DNA of 64,000 nt, from assembly GCA_965218435.1 (NCBI GenBank), contig CBDCKW010000009.1, positions 3,776,001-3,840,000 on the forward strand, read 5' to 3'. This document shows positions 48,525-58,830 of the stretch, in pieces (the stretch's first letter is position 1; every line of letters starts with the position of its first letter). The notes under the pieces were generated by a model. That model was not told the DNA's origin, did no database searches, and saw only the letters and a list, made by a program, of their open reading frames with translations. The stretch is from Truepera sp. (lineage in GTDB: Bacteria; Deinococcota; Deinococci; Deinococcales; Trueperaceae). The position numbers and the translations under genes are program-made.

Positions 48525-50696
48525 CTAATTCGCCTGACGAACCTCCTCGAGCAGTTTCTCAAAGGGTACGGGTTTTGCCGCGCCGGTCTCTACTGAAGTT
48601 TTAGCGAGGCTAGGGTTACCTTTGACAGCCGCCTCTAACGGCGCACGTGCGTCAGCCAAACGGCCTAAATCGTAATAGATGAGCCCCAAATTGAGCTGTG
48701 CTCCGCTGTTCTCCGGGTCGGCGGCCACCGCCCGCGTGAGATAATCTACCGCTTTGTCGAGTCGGCCCAACTGAAAGTAAGCAAACCCGGCGTTGTTTAA
48801 GACGGTCGCCTGACCGGGATTCGGGGTTGTAAAGTCCGCCAGCGCCTTGTCATACGCCTTGACTGCGCCGCGCAGGTCGCCGCTGAGTTGCCGAGTATAC
48901 CCCTGATAAAAGCTCGGCAGACCAGCCGGAGACAGCTCAGCTGCTCGGTCAAACGCGGCCTGCGCCGCCGCTGCGTCGCTGCGCTCGAGCGCCGTCAGCC
49001 CTTCTTGCACTAAGTTTGCGACTTCATCGCTGAGCGGGGTGTCTGAACCTTCGGCCAGCCGCTGCGTCTGCGCGACAAATTGCCGCGTCTGCGCTGCCTG
49101 CCGGTTGTTGGGGTCGAGTTTAAGCGCCTCGTCAAGTGCGGCGAGCGCCTCGTCGTACGCCCCGGTGCGGCCGAGCGCCGAACCGTAAAGCAGGTAGAGG
49201 CTGGCGTCTTGCGGGGCGGCCTCGAGCAGAGGCTTTAAGGTCTTGACCGCCGCTTCGTTCTGGTCGGCCTGAACGTAAATCTGGGCGAGGTTGCGTTCTA
49301 ACACGTTTTTCAAATCGGGGTTTTGCTGCGCGGCTGTCTCGAGCGTGGTGGCGGCCTCATCGGTTTGGCCCTGTTCGGCCTGCGCAAGTGCGAGCTGATT
49401 GGCCACTTCGGGGTTGTTCGGCGCAAAGCTCTGTGCGCCGCGCAAAACTTTCTCTGCGCCCGCGTAGTCGTTTGTTTTACCGAGCATCTCCGCTTCGGCG
49501 AGGGCCAACCCTGCGTCACGCGGATACGCCTCGCGGCCCCGGCGCAAGATCGCCAGCGCCCGTTTGCTCTCCCCGGCAGGGAGCGACCCGGCGAGGGCGT
49601 AAAGGCTCGGTTCGGGCTTTGAAGTTTGCAGGGCTTTTTCAAGAAAACTCACCGCTTCGGCGGTATTGCCGCTCCGCACCGCTTCGGTGACAAAGGCGCT
49701 CGCCAAACCCGGCGAATCAGGAACTTTTTGGACGCCGGTACGAAGGGTTTGCAGCGCGGTTTGCGGACTGCCCGACTGACGCTCGAGCGTCGCGAGTTCA
49801 AGGTAAGCCGCCGCGTAACGGGGATACGACCCCAACGCCGCCTTGAGGTCTCGTTGCGCCGCCTGCGGGTCGTCCGACAGCCGCGCTTGTCCGGCCAGGG
49901 CGACGGCGTGCGCGGGGTTGAGCTTTAAGGCCCCCGTAAACGCCTCTCTCGCCGCCGGAATGTCTCCGGCTGCGGCTAAGACGACGCCCCGGCCCACGAG
50001 CGCCTCGACATCTTCGGGCGCAGCTTGGACCGCCCTTTTTGAGAGCGTCAACGCCTCGGCGTCTTGACCGGCTGCGCCGAGGGCTCCGGCGCGTTCCGAA
50101 AGTGCCCAGCTCGAGCCGCCCGCCGCAGCTTGCTCGAGCGCCGCTGAATCGCTCACACCGAGACCCAAACCGGCCTCACCGACGGTGCCCAGGTCAGCTA
50201 AGTTCGGGGTTTGCGCGATTACGGCGGCCAGCTGTGCCCGGTCTTCGGTGCTGACAGAAAGGCCCAGTTCGCGGATGACCGTATCGGCAACTTTGCCGAG
50301 CAGGTCGGCGGGGTTTTGCAGCGTGCCGTCTACCGCGACTTGGCGCGTTTCCTGGCCCGGTTCGGCTAAAAAGACGTTGACTCGAGCTTGGTCGCCCGCC
50401 GTGCTGACCAACCCGCTCACCAGCGCCTGCGCCTCAAACGCGTCGGCAAAGACGGTCGTATCGAGCTTGGCCGCGTCGGTCCGCTGCGCGACGACCAGGG
50501 TGTCACCGACCGGCGGCACATAGAGATTGTCAATCACGTTGAGGCTGCGCTGCAGACCGGTGGCGAGACCGAAACGGTAGGGGGCCGCAGCGTCGTCGGT
50601 ATCAAACGCGAGGACAGCTACGCGCACCGGTTGCGCCGCCGCCGCGCCTAACAGCAAGAGACAAACTGAAAAGACTAGAGTAAGGGCTCGTTTCAT
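48525..50696 (-). CDS. Secreted TPR-repeat protein
   Basis: Signal peptide ending AAA-Q; VAVLAF N-domain; many TPRs. Confidence 0.85.
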   Translation of the reverse strand: MKRALTLVFSVCLLLLGAAAAQPVRVAVLAFDTDDAAAPYRFGLATGLQRSLNVIDNLYVPPVGDTLVVAQRTDAAKLDTTVFADAFEAQALVSGLVSTAGDQARVNVFLAEPGQETRQVAVDGTLQNPADLLGKVADTVIRELGLSVSTEDRAQLAAVIAQTPNLADLGTVGEAGLGLGVSDSAALEQAAAGGSSWALSERAGALGAAGQDAEALTLSKRAVQAAPEDVEALVGRGVVLAAAGDIPAAREAFTGALKLNPAHAVALAGQARLSDDPQAAQRDLKAALGSYPRYAAAYLELATLERQSGSPQTALQTLRTGVQKVPDSPGLASAFVTEAVRSGNTAEAVSFLEKALQTSKPEPSLYALAGSLPAGESKRALAILRRGREAYPRDAGLALAEAEMLGKTNDYAGAEKVLRGAQSFAPNNPEVANQLALAQAEQGQTDEAATTLETAAQQNPDLKNVLERNLAQIYVQADQNEAAVKTLKPLLEAAPQDASLYLLYGSALGRTGAYDEALAALDEALKLDPNNRQAAQTRQFVAQTQRLAEGSDTPLSDEVANLVQEGLTALERSDAAAAQAAFDRAAELSPAGLPSFYQGYTRQLSGDLRGAVKAYDKALADFTTPNPGQATVLNNAGFAYFQLGRLDKAVDYLTRAVAADPENSGAQLNLGLIYYDLGRLADARAPLEAAVKGNPSLAKTSVETGAAKPVPFEKLLEEVRQAN

Positions 50697-50920
50697 CTCC
50701 CGAAGTATACCTAAGCCGGGGTGAGAAGCGGCTTTACGTTGGCTCGAGGCTCAACACATGGCTTACAAAAGATAGCGCCAAAAGCGTAACCTCAGCTGCG
50801 ATGATTGCACTAACTCGAGTTCGGTGCGCTCAGTTATGCTTGGGTATATGAACGCGTTTGGCCCACTGGGTTTAACTAGCTCGGGTCAAAGATCATCGGT
50901 GATGACCAGCGGAGGTCTTA

Positions 50921-51682
50921 ATGTCAACCCAAAACTCACGAATTGCCATCGTGACAGGCGGCGGTAGCGGTATCGGCGCTGCGACTGCCCACACACTTGC
51001 TGAAGCTGGCTGGACCGTCGTCATCGCGGGGCGGCATCAGGAGACGCTCGAGGCTGTTGCAACTAGCGGTGCAAACCTGAGCGGTGTGCTCGACACGGTT
51101 ATTGCAGACGTAACCGACGAGGCGAGTGTTAAAACCCTGTTCGATACCACCGTGCAGCGTTACGGCCGCGTAGATTTGCTATTTAACAACGCCGGAACCG
51201 GCGCTCCAGCCGTTGAGCTTGACGACTTGGCGCTTAGCGATTGGAATAAGGTCGTCGCCGTCAACTTAACCGGCGTTTTTCTCTGTACCCGTGAGGCGTT
51301 CCGGGTGATGCGGCAGCAAAAGCCGCAGGGAGGCCGCATCATTAACAACGGCTCGATCTCAGCGCACGCGCCGAGGCCCCGCTCGGTCGCCTACACCGCG
51401 ACCAAACACGCCGTCACCGGCCTAACCAAGTCAACGGCCCTTGACGGACGCGCCTTCGATATTGCCTGCGGCCAGATTGATATCGGCAACGCCGCGACGG
51501 CTATGGGCAGCGGCGCGGCGTCCGGCGCGGCGCAGGCTGACGGCAGCGTGCGCCCCGAACCGCTGATGGACGTGACCGAGGTCGGCAGAGCGGTGCTCTA
51601 CATGGCCAACTTGCCCTTAGGAACGAACGTTGCGACGATGACCGTGATGGCGACCAACATGCCGTTTATCGGGCGGGGTTAG
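50921..51682 (+). CDS. SDR family oxidoreductase
   Basis: [19 protein letters not shown]. Confidence 0.93.
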   Translation: MSTQNSRIAIVTGGGSGIGAATAHTLAEAGWTVVIAGRHQETLEAVATSGANLSGVLDTVIADVTDEASVKTLFDTTVQRYGRVDLLFNNAGTGAPAVELDDLALSDWNKVVAVNLTGVFLCTREAFRVMRQQKPQGGRIINNGSISAHAPRPRSVAYTATKHAVTGLTKSTALDGRAFDIACGQIDIGNAATAMGSGAASGAAQADGSVRPEPLMDVTEVGRAVLYMANLPLGTNVATMTVMATNMPFIGRG

Positions 51683-51686
51683 CAGC

Positions 51687-52637
51687 GTGGACAGACCCGC
51701 CGCTCGAGCCTGGGAGGGTGACCGCAGCAAAGTCCGGTATCCGGACCCGGCGATTGAAATACTAGACGAACGGTTTCGCTCGCTGGTCGTCAACAACGAC
51801 GCGATTGAACAGCTGTGGACCGGTGGGCGCTGGTTAGAAGGCCCGGTCTGGTTTGGTGACGGCCGCTATCTGCTCTTTTCCGACATCCCCAACAACCGCC
51901 TGCTCTGCTGGAGCGAAGTCACCGGTGAAGTTACAGTATTTCGTCAGCCCTCGAACAACAGCAACGGCAATACCAGAGACCGGCAGGGCCGCCTCGTGAC
52001 CTGCGAGCACCTGACGCGCCGCGTCACCCGCACCGAATACGACGGTGCTGTAAGCGTTTTGCTGAGTAGCTATGGCGGCAAACCGCTCAACGCGCCCAAC
52101 GATGTGGTGGCGCACTCCGACGGGTCGGTGTGGTTTACCGATCCGGGTTGGGGGATTGAGGGCCACTACGAAGGGAATAAAGTCGTTAAAGAGTTACCCC
52201 GCTACGTCTACCGGGTTGACCCCGATACCGGTGAGGGAACGCCGGTTATCGCTGAGATGGACCGGCCGAACGGCCTCTGTTTTTCGCCTGACGAGACCAA
52301 ACTGTATGTTGTTGACATTGATCAAATACGGGTCTTCGAGATGGACGGGAGAGTTCCGGTGAACGGCCGCGTGTTTGTCCCGAACAGTTCAGGCTTTTTT
52401 GACGGAATTCGTACCGATCAGGATGGTCATCTCTGGGCTAGCGCGGGCGGGGGCGGTGCGGGCTTTGATGGCGTGCACTGCTACAGCCCCGAAGGGCAGC
52501 TGTTAGGGCAGCTTCACCTACCGGAGTCGTGTGCGAACCTCTGCTTCGGCGGGGTCAAGAAGAACCGGCTGTTTATAACGGCCAGCCGGTCGCTCTACAG
52601 CGTTTACGTCGAGGCGTTAGGGGCACAGTACCCCTGA
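51687..52637 (+). CDS. SMP-30/gluconolactonase family protein
   Basis: WLEGPVW, FSDIPNNR, NAPND, PNGLCFSPD, DGIRTD. Confidence 0.93.
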   Translation: MDRPAARAWEGDRSKVRYPDPAIEILDERFRSLVVNNDAIEQLWTGGRWLEGPVWFGDGRYLLFSDIPNNRLLCWSEVTGEVTVFRQPSNNSNGNTRDRQGRLVTCEHLTRRVTRTEYDGAVSVLLSSYGGKPLNAPNDVVAHSDGSVWFTDPGWGIEGHYEGNKVVKELPRYVYRVDPDTGEGTPVIAEMDRPNGLCFSPDETKLYVVDIDQIRVFEMDGRVPVNGRVFVPNSSGFFDGIRTDQDGHLWASAGGGGAGFDGVHCYSPEGQLLGQLHLPESCANLCFGGVKKNRLFITASRSLYSVYVEALGAQYP

Positions 52638-52676
52638 ATAGCCGACGTTTGTAAGCTGGTCAACTAGACTACGCTC

Positions 52677-53582
52677 ATGCTCCCTATCGTTTCGACGCTG
52701 CTCAGCGTTGTTTTACCCGCGTTTTTTGTGATGGGTGTCGGAGCCCTGATCAGCTACGCCATAAAGCCTGATATCACCTCGCTCAACCGGTTGGCACTCT
52801 ACGCGACGACGCCTGCGCTGGTTTTTAGTTCGCTTCAAGAAACGGCTTTGGGCGCGGGCAGCGCCTTGAGGCTGCTGAGCGCCTTTTTTCTGATGTTAGT
52901 AGCGATGCTGGCGATCTCGAGCCTAGCCAGCCGTCATCTGCCCATAAGCTCGAGGCGCGGCGTGATTGCTACCAGTTTATTTGTCAACAGCGCCAACCTG
53001 ATGCTCCCGGTCACGCTGTTTGCACTCGGTCAAGCCGGGGTCGCGCGGGCGCTCATCTTGTACGTCGTCACAACGGTGCTGCTCTACCTGGTCTGCCCGC
53101 TTGTCTTTGCCCAGCAGACCTTTGGGCGAATGCTGCGCTCGGTCGCGGCGCTGCCGGTCGTCTGGGCGGCGCTGCTGGCGTGCTTCTTTAACATCCTGGG
53201 TTGGTCATTGCCGCTAGGCGTGACGCGGGGCGTTGACCTCTTGGCTGGCGCTGCGATTCCGCTCGTGCTGCTGGTTTTAGGGATGCAGCTTCAGCGTGCC
53301 GGATTGCCCGTACCTAACGGCGTCAACTGGCTCTCGCTGGGGCTCAAACTTGTAGTTGGCCCGGTCGTCGCCTTCGCTGCAGGCTCCGTGGTCGGTTTGA
53401 CCGGGCTCGACCTCGCCGTGATTACCCTGTTCGGTTCGATGCCGCCCGCCGTGATGGTGTTTATGCTGGCGCTCGAGTTCTCCGACAATCCCGAAGAGGT
53501 CGCGCGTACGGTCGTCGTTTCCACGCTCGGCGCACTCGTGTCGGTGTCGGTGGTCGTGACGCTGATAAGACAGATGCTGTAG
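52677..53582 (+). CDS. AEC family transporter
   Basis: PALVF, NSANL, LVLGMQL, MPPAV; about 10 TM. Confidence 0.88.
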   Translation: MLPIVSTLLSVVLPAFFVMGVGALISYAIKPDITSLNRLALYATTPALVFSSLQETALGAGSALRLLSAFFLMLVAMLAISSLASRHLPISSRRGVIATSLFVNSANLMLPVTLFALGQAGVARALILYVVTTVLLYLVCPLVFAQQTFGRMLRSVAALPVVWAALLACFFNILGWSLPLGVTRGVDLLAGAAIPLVLLVLGMQLQRAGLPVPNGVNWLSLGLKLVVGPVVAFAAGSVVGLTGLDLAVITLFGSMPPAVMVFMLALEFSDNPEEVARTVVVSTLGALVSVSVVVTLIRQML

Positions 53583-53611
53583 CTGTCCGTGCTCAGGCCC
53601 CATAACGCGAC

Positions 53612-54007
53612 CTAGAGCCGAAACCCCCCTGGCAACAGGCCAGAGACCGTCCACGTCCTGACATCGCCCTGGTCGTTGACCAGATAGACTGCCGCGTCTT
53701 CGGCAAATTCAAACAAAACCTGACGGCACGCCCCGCAGGGGCTCGCGGGTTCGGCGGCGGTCGTGTAGACGACGATTTCGCTAAAATGTCGTTCGCCAGC
53801 CGAGGCCATTGCCTGCACCGCCGACTGCTCGGCGCAGCGCCCGAGGCCGTACGAGGCGTTTTCGATGTTGGCCCCCGCGTAAACTGTACCGCTTTCGGCC
53901 CGTAGCGCCGCCCCGACGTGAAACCCGGAATAGGGCGCGTAGGCGTTGTGGTGAGCGGTTTTAGCAGCTTGGAGGAGGTCTTCGGGAGGCGTTGGGGTGT
54001 TGGGCAT
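53612..54007 (-). CDS. cdd: Cytidine deaminase
   Basis: AYAPYSGFHVGAA, NIENASY, CAE, PCGACRQ. Confidence 0.96.
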   Translation of the reverse strand: MPNTPTPPEDLLQAAKTAHHNAYAPYSGFHVGAALRAESGTVYAGANIENASYGLGRCAEQSAVQAMASAGERHFSEIVVYTTAAEPASPCGACRQVLFEFAEDAAVYLVNDQGDVRTWTVSGLLPGGFRL

Positions 54008-54107
54008 AGCTTAGTTTATAGGCTACTTGGAGCGTGTTCCGGCGTTGTTCCACTGCGGGCTCGGTCTATTGTGCTCAGAGGCTCGAGTACGCTGTTACAC
54101 TCGTCAG

Positions 54108-55292
54108 ATGGTTAGTGACTCGAGCCTGTCCCCGGTGACATCAGCCAAATACGGTAATACCTCAGCGCCTTTACACTTCGCTACGCACTGGCTTACTCGG
54201 CGAAGGTTGCTGAGAGCACTCTTTTTGAGCTTATTACTCATTTCCCAGAGTCACGCCCAAACTCCAGGTACGACACCTGAGTATGGGTACCTCGAGGGCC
54301 GCATCACCCAGATTACAGCGCAGACGGCGACTGTCGTTTTAGGGGACGGAACAGAGGTCAAAGCGACGCTCGGGACGCCGCTACCCGGCGATAGCACCAT
54401 CCCCTTACCGAAGTTTAAGGTAGGGGAGCGGGTCGAGCTGTACTACTCCCCGGCTCCCGGTTCAAAAGAACGGCAGTACGCCGTCTCCGACTGGGTGCGG
54501 CGGCCCGCTCTGGGTTGGCTGACCGTACTTTTTTTGGTCGTCTCAGTCGGTGTCGCCCGCTTCAAGGGACTGCGGGCGTTTGTGGCCACCGGCAGCAGCT
54601 TAGTTATCGTGATGCTTTTTATCGTACCTAAAATCTTGGCGGGTTGGAACCCGGTGGTGGTCTCTCTTTTGGGGGTCGGTGGCATCTTGATTTTGGCTAT
54701 CTACTTTGTCCACGGTCTCAGCTGGAGTACGACGGCGGCGCTGCTCGGCACCTTTGCCGCAGTACTCGTTACGATGCTTTTAGGGATTGTCTTTACCCAT
54801 TGGGCGCACCTGACCGGCTTCGGGTCGGAAGAGGCGATGATGATCACCTTCGGCGCAGGGCAAGTTGACCTTAAAGGGCTACTCTTAGCCGGACTGCTGA
54901 TCGGGGCGCTCGGGGCGCTGACCGATATTACGATTGTGCAGGCGAGTGTGATTCGGGAACTCGCGCACGTCAACCCCGGGTTTAGGCTCCGTGAGCTTTA
55001 TGAGCGTGGGATGAACGTCGGGCTCGACCATATCGGCTCACTTGTGAATACCTTGGTACTGGCGTATACGGGCGCGGCGTTGCCGCTATTCCTGCTGCTG
55101 AGCATCAACAATTTTTCGGTCGCGCGGGCACTTAACTTGGAACTCGTCGCCTCGGAGGTCGTGCATACGCTGGTAGGGTCGATCGGGCTGGTGTTGGCGG
55201 TACCGTTTACCACCTTTGTCGCGGCGCTGCTGTTTCGTGGGGACAAACTGCCGCTCTTGGAGGGGGAGCTCGAGCACGCGCATCATCACTAG
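54108..55292 (+). CDS. YibE/F family membrane protein
   Basis: IGALGALTD, GSLVNTLVLAYTG, GSIGLVLAVP; His-rich end; start uncertain (TACACT-N6-ATG 54108). Confidence 0.88.
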   Translation: MVSDSSLSPVTSAKYGNTSAPLHFATHWLTRRRLLRALFLSLLLISQSHAQTPGTTPEYGYLEGRITQITAQTATVVLGDGTEVKATLGTPLPGDSTIPLPKFKVGERVELYYSPAPGSKERQYAVSDWVRRPALGWLTVLFLVVSVGVARFKGLRAFVATGSSLVIVMLFIVPKILAGWNPVVVSLLGVGGILILAIYFVHGLSWSTTAALLGTFAAVLVTMLLGIVFTHWAHLTGFGSEEAMMITFGAGQVDLKGLLLAGLLIGALGALTDITIVQASVIRELAHVNPGFRLRELYERGMNVGLDHIGSLVNTLVLAYTGAALPLFLLLSINNFSVARALNLELVASEVVHTLVGSIGLVLAVPFTTFVAALLFRGDKLPLLEGELEHAHHH

Positions 55293-55425
55293 CCTTTGTG
55301 CTCATAAAGCTGCGCTCATAAAGTTGCCCTGAGACAAGCGAAACTCATCTCGTCCAAGTGAGCACGGAGCTATGGACCAGATGAGTTGGAGCGTGGTTTA
55401 GCTGGCTGAACGTTACTTTTTACTG

Positions 55426-56307
55426 TTACTGCGCCGTATTGCCTAAAGCCGTCACCAGAGTGTGCGCGTTATAGCGCATCAAATCGGCGTAACTTTGAGT
55501 CTCTTCACCGCCGCCTAGCGGGTCCAAGATATAGAGCGGCAACCCGGCACTTTCCGCGACGACCTCGGCGGGGCGCTTGGGTAACTCGGGCTCGCTGAAG
55601 ATGGCTTTGGCACCGCTCCCTTTGATAAGAGATAAGGCGTCGGCGATATACGCGGGGCTCGGCTCACGCCCCGGCGCGGGCTCGATCTCGACGACGAGAT
55701 TGAGGCCGAAACGCCGTGCGAAGTAGGGCCACGCGTCGTGAAACGGCACGAAGGCTGCACCCTTGAGCGGCGCGAGCATCTTTTGCAGTTCGTTCGTGAG
55801 CGTCCCCAACTCTTCGACAACTTTTTTACCGTTCGCCTGGTAGTCAGTGGCGTGCTCCGGGTCTATGTTCACCAACTGGTCAACTATGAGCGGCACGGCT
55901 TGCTTCATCAGCACAGGGTCGAGCCAGATGTGCGGATTAACGCCCTTAAGCGCCTTTTCAGAAGTTTCGTCGTCTCCGGCAACCGGTTTGAAGTCGAGCT
56001 CGGTCATGACCTCGAGCATCGGCGCGTCGGTGCCGCTCGAGGCTACTAAGTCGGTGAGCCAACCATCCAACACGCCGTTAAAGACCACGAGGTCGGCGTC
56101 TGCCACCTTTACGACATCTTGCGGCGTCGGGTCAAACGTATGCGGTGACGCCCCGGAGGGGAGCAGCTGCACGACGGTAGCGTCTTGACCGGCGATTTCT
56201 TGAACCAGCGCGGCGTAAGGGTGAATAGAGGTCACTACGGTGACAGTCGGCTGTGCCCAGGCCGCAGCGCCCACCCAGGCCAATAACAAACATAACAACA
56301 TTCTCAT
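55426..56307 (-). CDS. Zn/Mn ABC transporter substrate-binding protein (ZnuA/TroA family)
   Basis: SPHTFDPTP, NPHIWLDP, FHDAWPYF, LDPLG. Confidence 0.92.
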   Translation of the reverse strand: MRMLLCLLLAWVGAAAWAQPTVTVVTSIHPYAALVQEIAGQDATVVQLLPSGASPHTFDPTPQDVVKVADADLVVFNGVLDGWLTDLVASSGTDAPMLEVMTELDFKPVAGDDETSEKALKGVNPHIWLDPVLMKQAVPLIVDQLVNIDPEHATDYQANGKKVVEELGTLTNELQKMLAPLKGAAFVPFHDAWPYFARRFGLNLVVEIEPAPGREPSPAYIADALSLIKGSGAKAIFSEPELPKRPAEVVAESAGLPLYILDPLGGGEETQSYADLMRYNAHTLVTALGNTAQ

Positions 56308-56340
56308 AAACTTAACTCCTCTGTCTTCTATTTCTGCAAA

Positions 56341-56356
56341 TGAGAATAGATTCTCA
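56341..56356. promoter_or_regulatory. Palindromic metalloregulator (Zur/Fur-like) operator candidate
   Basis: TGAGAAT-AG-ATTCTCA just downstream of the minus-strand -10 TACCAT of the metal SBP gene. Confidence 0.65.
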
Positions 56357-56459
56357 AGTGCGATGGTAGTTTAGCCGCTAAAAGCGTAAAAAGCAAGGGT
56401 CGGCGCGTTTCCGGTCCAGCCAGCCGTTTCGGGACGGCCTAGCTGTTGCCGTCTTGCGT

Positions 56460-56531
56460 CGTCTGACAAGATGATCTGACAGGGTGGTCAAACAAGGCGG
56501 TCAGCTAAGGGGGTCTGACAAAAGGCTGACG
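56460..56531 (+). promoter_or_regulatory. Direct-repeat array upstream of pstS (Pho-box-like)
   Basis: Five 13-nt-phased units resembling GGTCTGACAAGG from 56460; CTGAC at 56515 and 56526 (11-nt phase). Confidence 0.5.
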
Positions 56532-56580
56532 AAACCCCCTTATCTTGACCCTGTACGGCTTATTCTTTTTAGGAGGACAG

Positions 56581-57642
56581 ATGAAAAAGCTTTTTGCACT
56601 TCTCGCGCTCACCCTAAGCGTCGCCTTTGCCCAAGATATCAACGGGGCCGGCGCGACCTTCCCCGATCCGCTCTACCAAAAGATGTTTTCCGTTTACAAC
56701 CAAGACTTCGGGATTCAGGTGAACTACCAGGCGATTGGGTCGGGCGGGGGCCGCAGCGCCCTCCTCGACCAAACGGTGGATTTTGCCGGTACCGACGCCT
56801 ACTTTGGCGATGAAGAAATGGCAAGTGCTCCGGGCCAGATTTTGCACATCCCGATGGCTGAAGGTGCCGTGGTGTTGGCCTACACCTTTGCGCCACTTGC
56901 CGAAGCTCCGGCAGACGGCCTAGTTTTAGACGGCCCGACGGTCGCGGACATTTTCCTCGGGAACATCACCCGGTGGAACGACGACGCGATTGCCCAGTTG
57001 AACCCAAACGCCGCCTTGCCCGACCTGCCGATTACCGTCGCGCACCGCTCGGACGGTTCAGGGACGACCTCAATCTTTGTGGACTACCTCGCTAAAGTTT
57101 CTGAGCAGTGGGCGAGCGACATCAACACCGGCCCCGAGACCAGCGTCAATTGGCCGGTCGGCATCGGAGGAGACGGTAACCCCGGCGTTGCCAGCATCGT
57201 CGCTGATACCCCCGGCGCAATTGGTTACGTGGGACTCGAGTACGCCGAAGCTAACAATCTCGCCTACACGAATATGATCAACGCCTCCGGGAACACCGTC
57301 GAGCCCACGCTCGACGCGGTGGCTGCCGCAGCCGACATCGAGTTGCCAGACGACCTGCGCGCCACCTTTACCAACTCGGATACGCCGGGCGCGTGGCCGA
57401 TCGCAGGCTTTACCTGGATTACGCTCTATCAAGACCAGAACTACAACGGGCGTAGCGAAGCGCAAGCCCAGCAGACGGTCAACCTCGTCAACTGGATGCT
57501 GACCAAAGGCCAGCAGTATAACAACCCGCTGAACTACGGCCAGATTACCGGAAGCGTACAGAAACGGGCGGAAGAAATCCTCGGTACGGTGACCTATGGC
57601 GGTCAGGCCCTGACGCCCGCAGCGCCGAGCCCCAGCAACTAG
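56581..57642 (+). CDS. pstS: Phosphate ABC transporter substrate-binding protein
   Basis: GAGATFP, NYQAIGSGGG, HRSDGSGTT; AGGAGG SD. Confidence 0.96.
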   Translation: MKKLFALLALTLSVAFAQDINGAGATFPDPLYQKMFSVYNQDFGIQVNYQAIGSGGGRSALLDQTVDFAGTDAYFGDEEMASAPGQILHIPMAEGAVVLAYTFAPLAEAPADGLVLDGPTVADIFLGNITRWNDDAIAQLNPNAALPDLPITVAHRSDGSGTTSIFVDYLAKVSEQWASDINTGPETSVNWPVGIGGDGNPGVASIVADTPGAIGYVGLEYAEANNLAYTNMINASGNTVEPTLDAVAAAADIELPDDLRATFTNSDTPGAWPIAGFTWITLYQDQNYNGRSEAQAQQTVNLVNWMLTKGQQYNNPLNYGQITGSVQKRAEEILGTVTYGGQALTPAAPSPSN

Positions 57643-57663
57643 CCTAACTACCTCTTCGTTTTA

Positions 57664-57689
57664 GGTTGGCCTCCGGGCCAACCGCTTTT
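57664..57689 (+). terminator. Intrinsic terminator/stabilising hairpin after pstS
   Basis: GGTTGGCC-TCCG-GGCCAACC-GCTTTT. Confidence 0.75.
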
Positions 57690-57837
57690 CATATTTTGAT
57701 TACGCCTTTTGACTATGCCCAACTTACGATGCTTTTTACAGTGCTTTGACAGAAGTGCTCTAAGCTAGACAATATGTTACGGATACAAAGTTGAATCCAC
57801 CGGGACGAAATGAGGTTCTGATGAGCGAGGTTATAGT

Positions 57838-58830
57838 GTGAGTGATACCCAGTCAGGCGTTGTCCGGAATGTTAACGTCGTGCCGGAGCGGGAGCGGTTG
57901 CGGCGCTCGAGGCTGCTGAGCGGTGATCGCGTGTTTAGCAGCTTGATCTTGTTTCTGGCCCTGCTCGTCTTGTCGGTGTCGGGACTGATCGTCTACGTCC
58001 TCGTGCGGCGCGGTCAGCTCGCCTTCAGCACCTTTGGACCCTTCGGTCTGCTGTTTAGCAGCGACTGGAATCCGCCGCGCGGTCAGTATGGGGCACTTCC
58101 TTTTTTAATCGGGACGCTGATTACGAGTTTAGGCGCACTGGTCTTATCGGTGCCGCTGGCAGTGGCCGCCGCGCTGTTTGTGACCGAGTACGCGCCGCGC
58201 TGGTTGGCTGAACCAATCAGTTACCTGATTGAGCTCTTGGCCGCGATTCCCAGCGTCGTTTACGGCTTTTGGGGCGTTGCGGTGATGGTGCCGTTTATCC
58301 GGCAGCTCGAGCTCGCCGTCATTCAAACGCCGGGCCTTAACCGCGTGCCCTTTTTACGCGGCGCACCGATCGGCTACGGTCTGCTCGCCGCCATTTTTAT
58401 TTTGGCCATCATGATCGTGCCGTATACGACCGCAGTTGCTAGAGACGTCATCCGGCTCGTTCCGCGCGACCAACGCGAAGCCGCCTACGCGCTCGGCGCA
58501 ACCAAGTGGGAGGTGCTCCGCTCCGCCGTACTACCTTACGCGCGCGCCGGGATTTTTGGCGGTGTGATCTTGAGTTTGGGCCGCGCCCTCGGTGAAACGA
58601 TTGCTGTCACGATGGTCATCGGTAACGCGACGCGTATCCCTGATACGCTCTTTTCAACCGCCGCGACCATGCCGAGTATTATCGCCTCGCAGTTTCCCGA
58701 GGCGAACGACCCGCTGATGCGCTCGAGCCTTATCGCCATCGGTCTCTACTTGTTTTTTGCCACCTTACTGATCAATATCGCCGCACGCTGGGTGATCTAC
58801 CGGCTGAGTCCTAAAGGGATCAGTGTATGA
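57838..58830 (+). CDS. pstC: Phosphate ABC transporter permease
   Basis: ELLAAIPSVVYGFWG, REAAYALGATKWE, RALGETIAV. Confidence 0.96.
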   Translation: MSDTQSGVVRNVNVVPERERLRRSRLLSGDRVFSSLILFLALLVLSVSGLIVYVLVRRGQLAFSTFGPFGLLFSSDWNPPRGQYGALPFLIGTLITSLGALVLSVPLAVAAALFVTEYAPRWLAEPISYLIELLAAIPSVVYGFWGVAVMVPFIRQLELAVIQTPGLNRVPFLRGAPIGYGLLAAIFILAIMIVPYTTAVARDVIRLVPRDQREAAYALGATKWEVLRSAVLPYARAGIFGGVILSLGRALGETIAVTMVIGNATRIPDTLFSTAATMPSIIASQFPEANDPLMRSSLIAIGLYLFFATLLINIAARWVIYRLSPKGISV

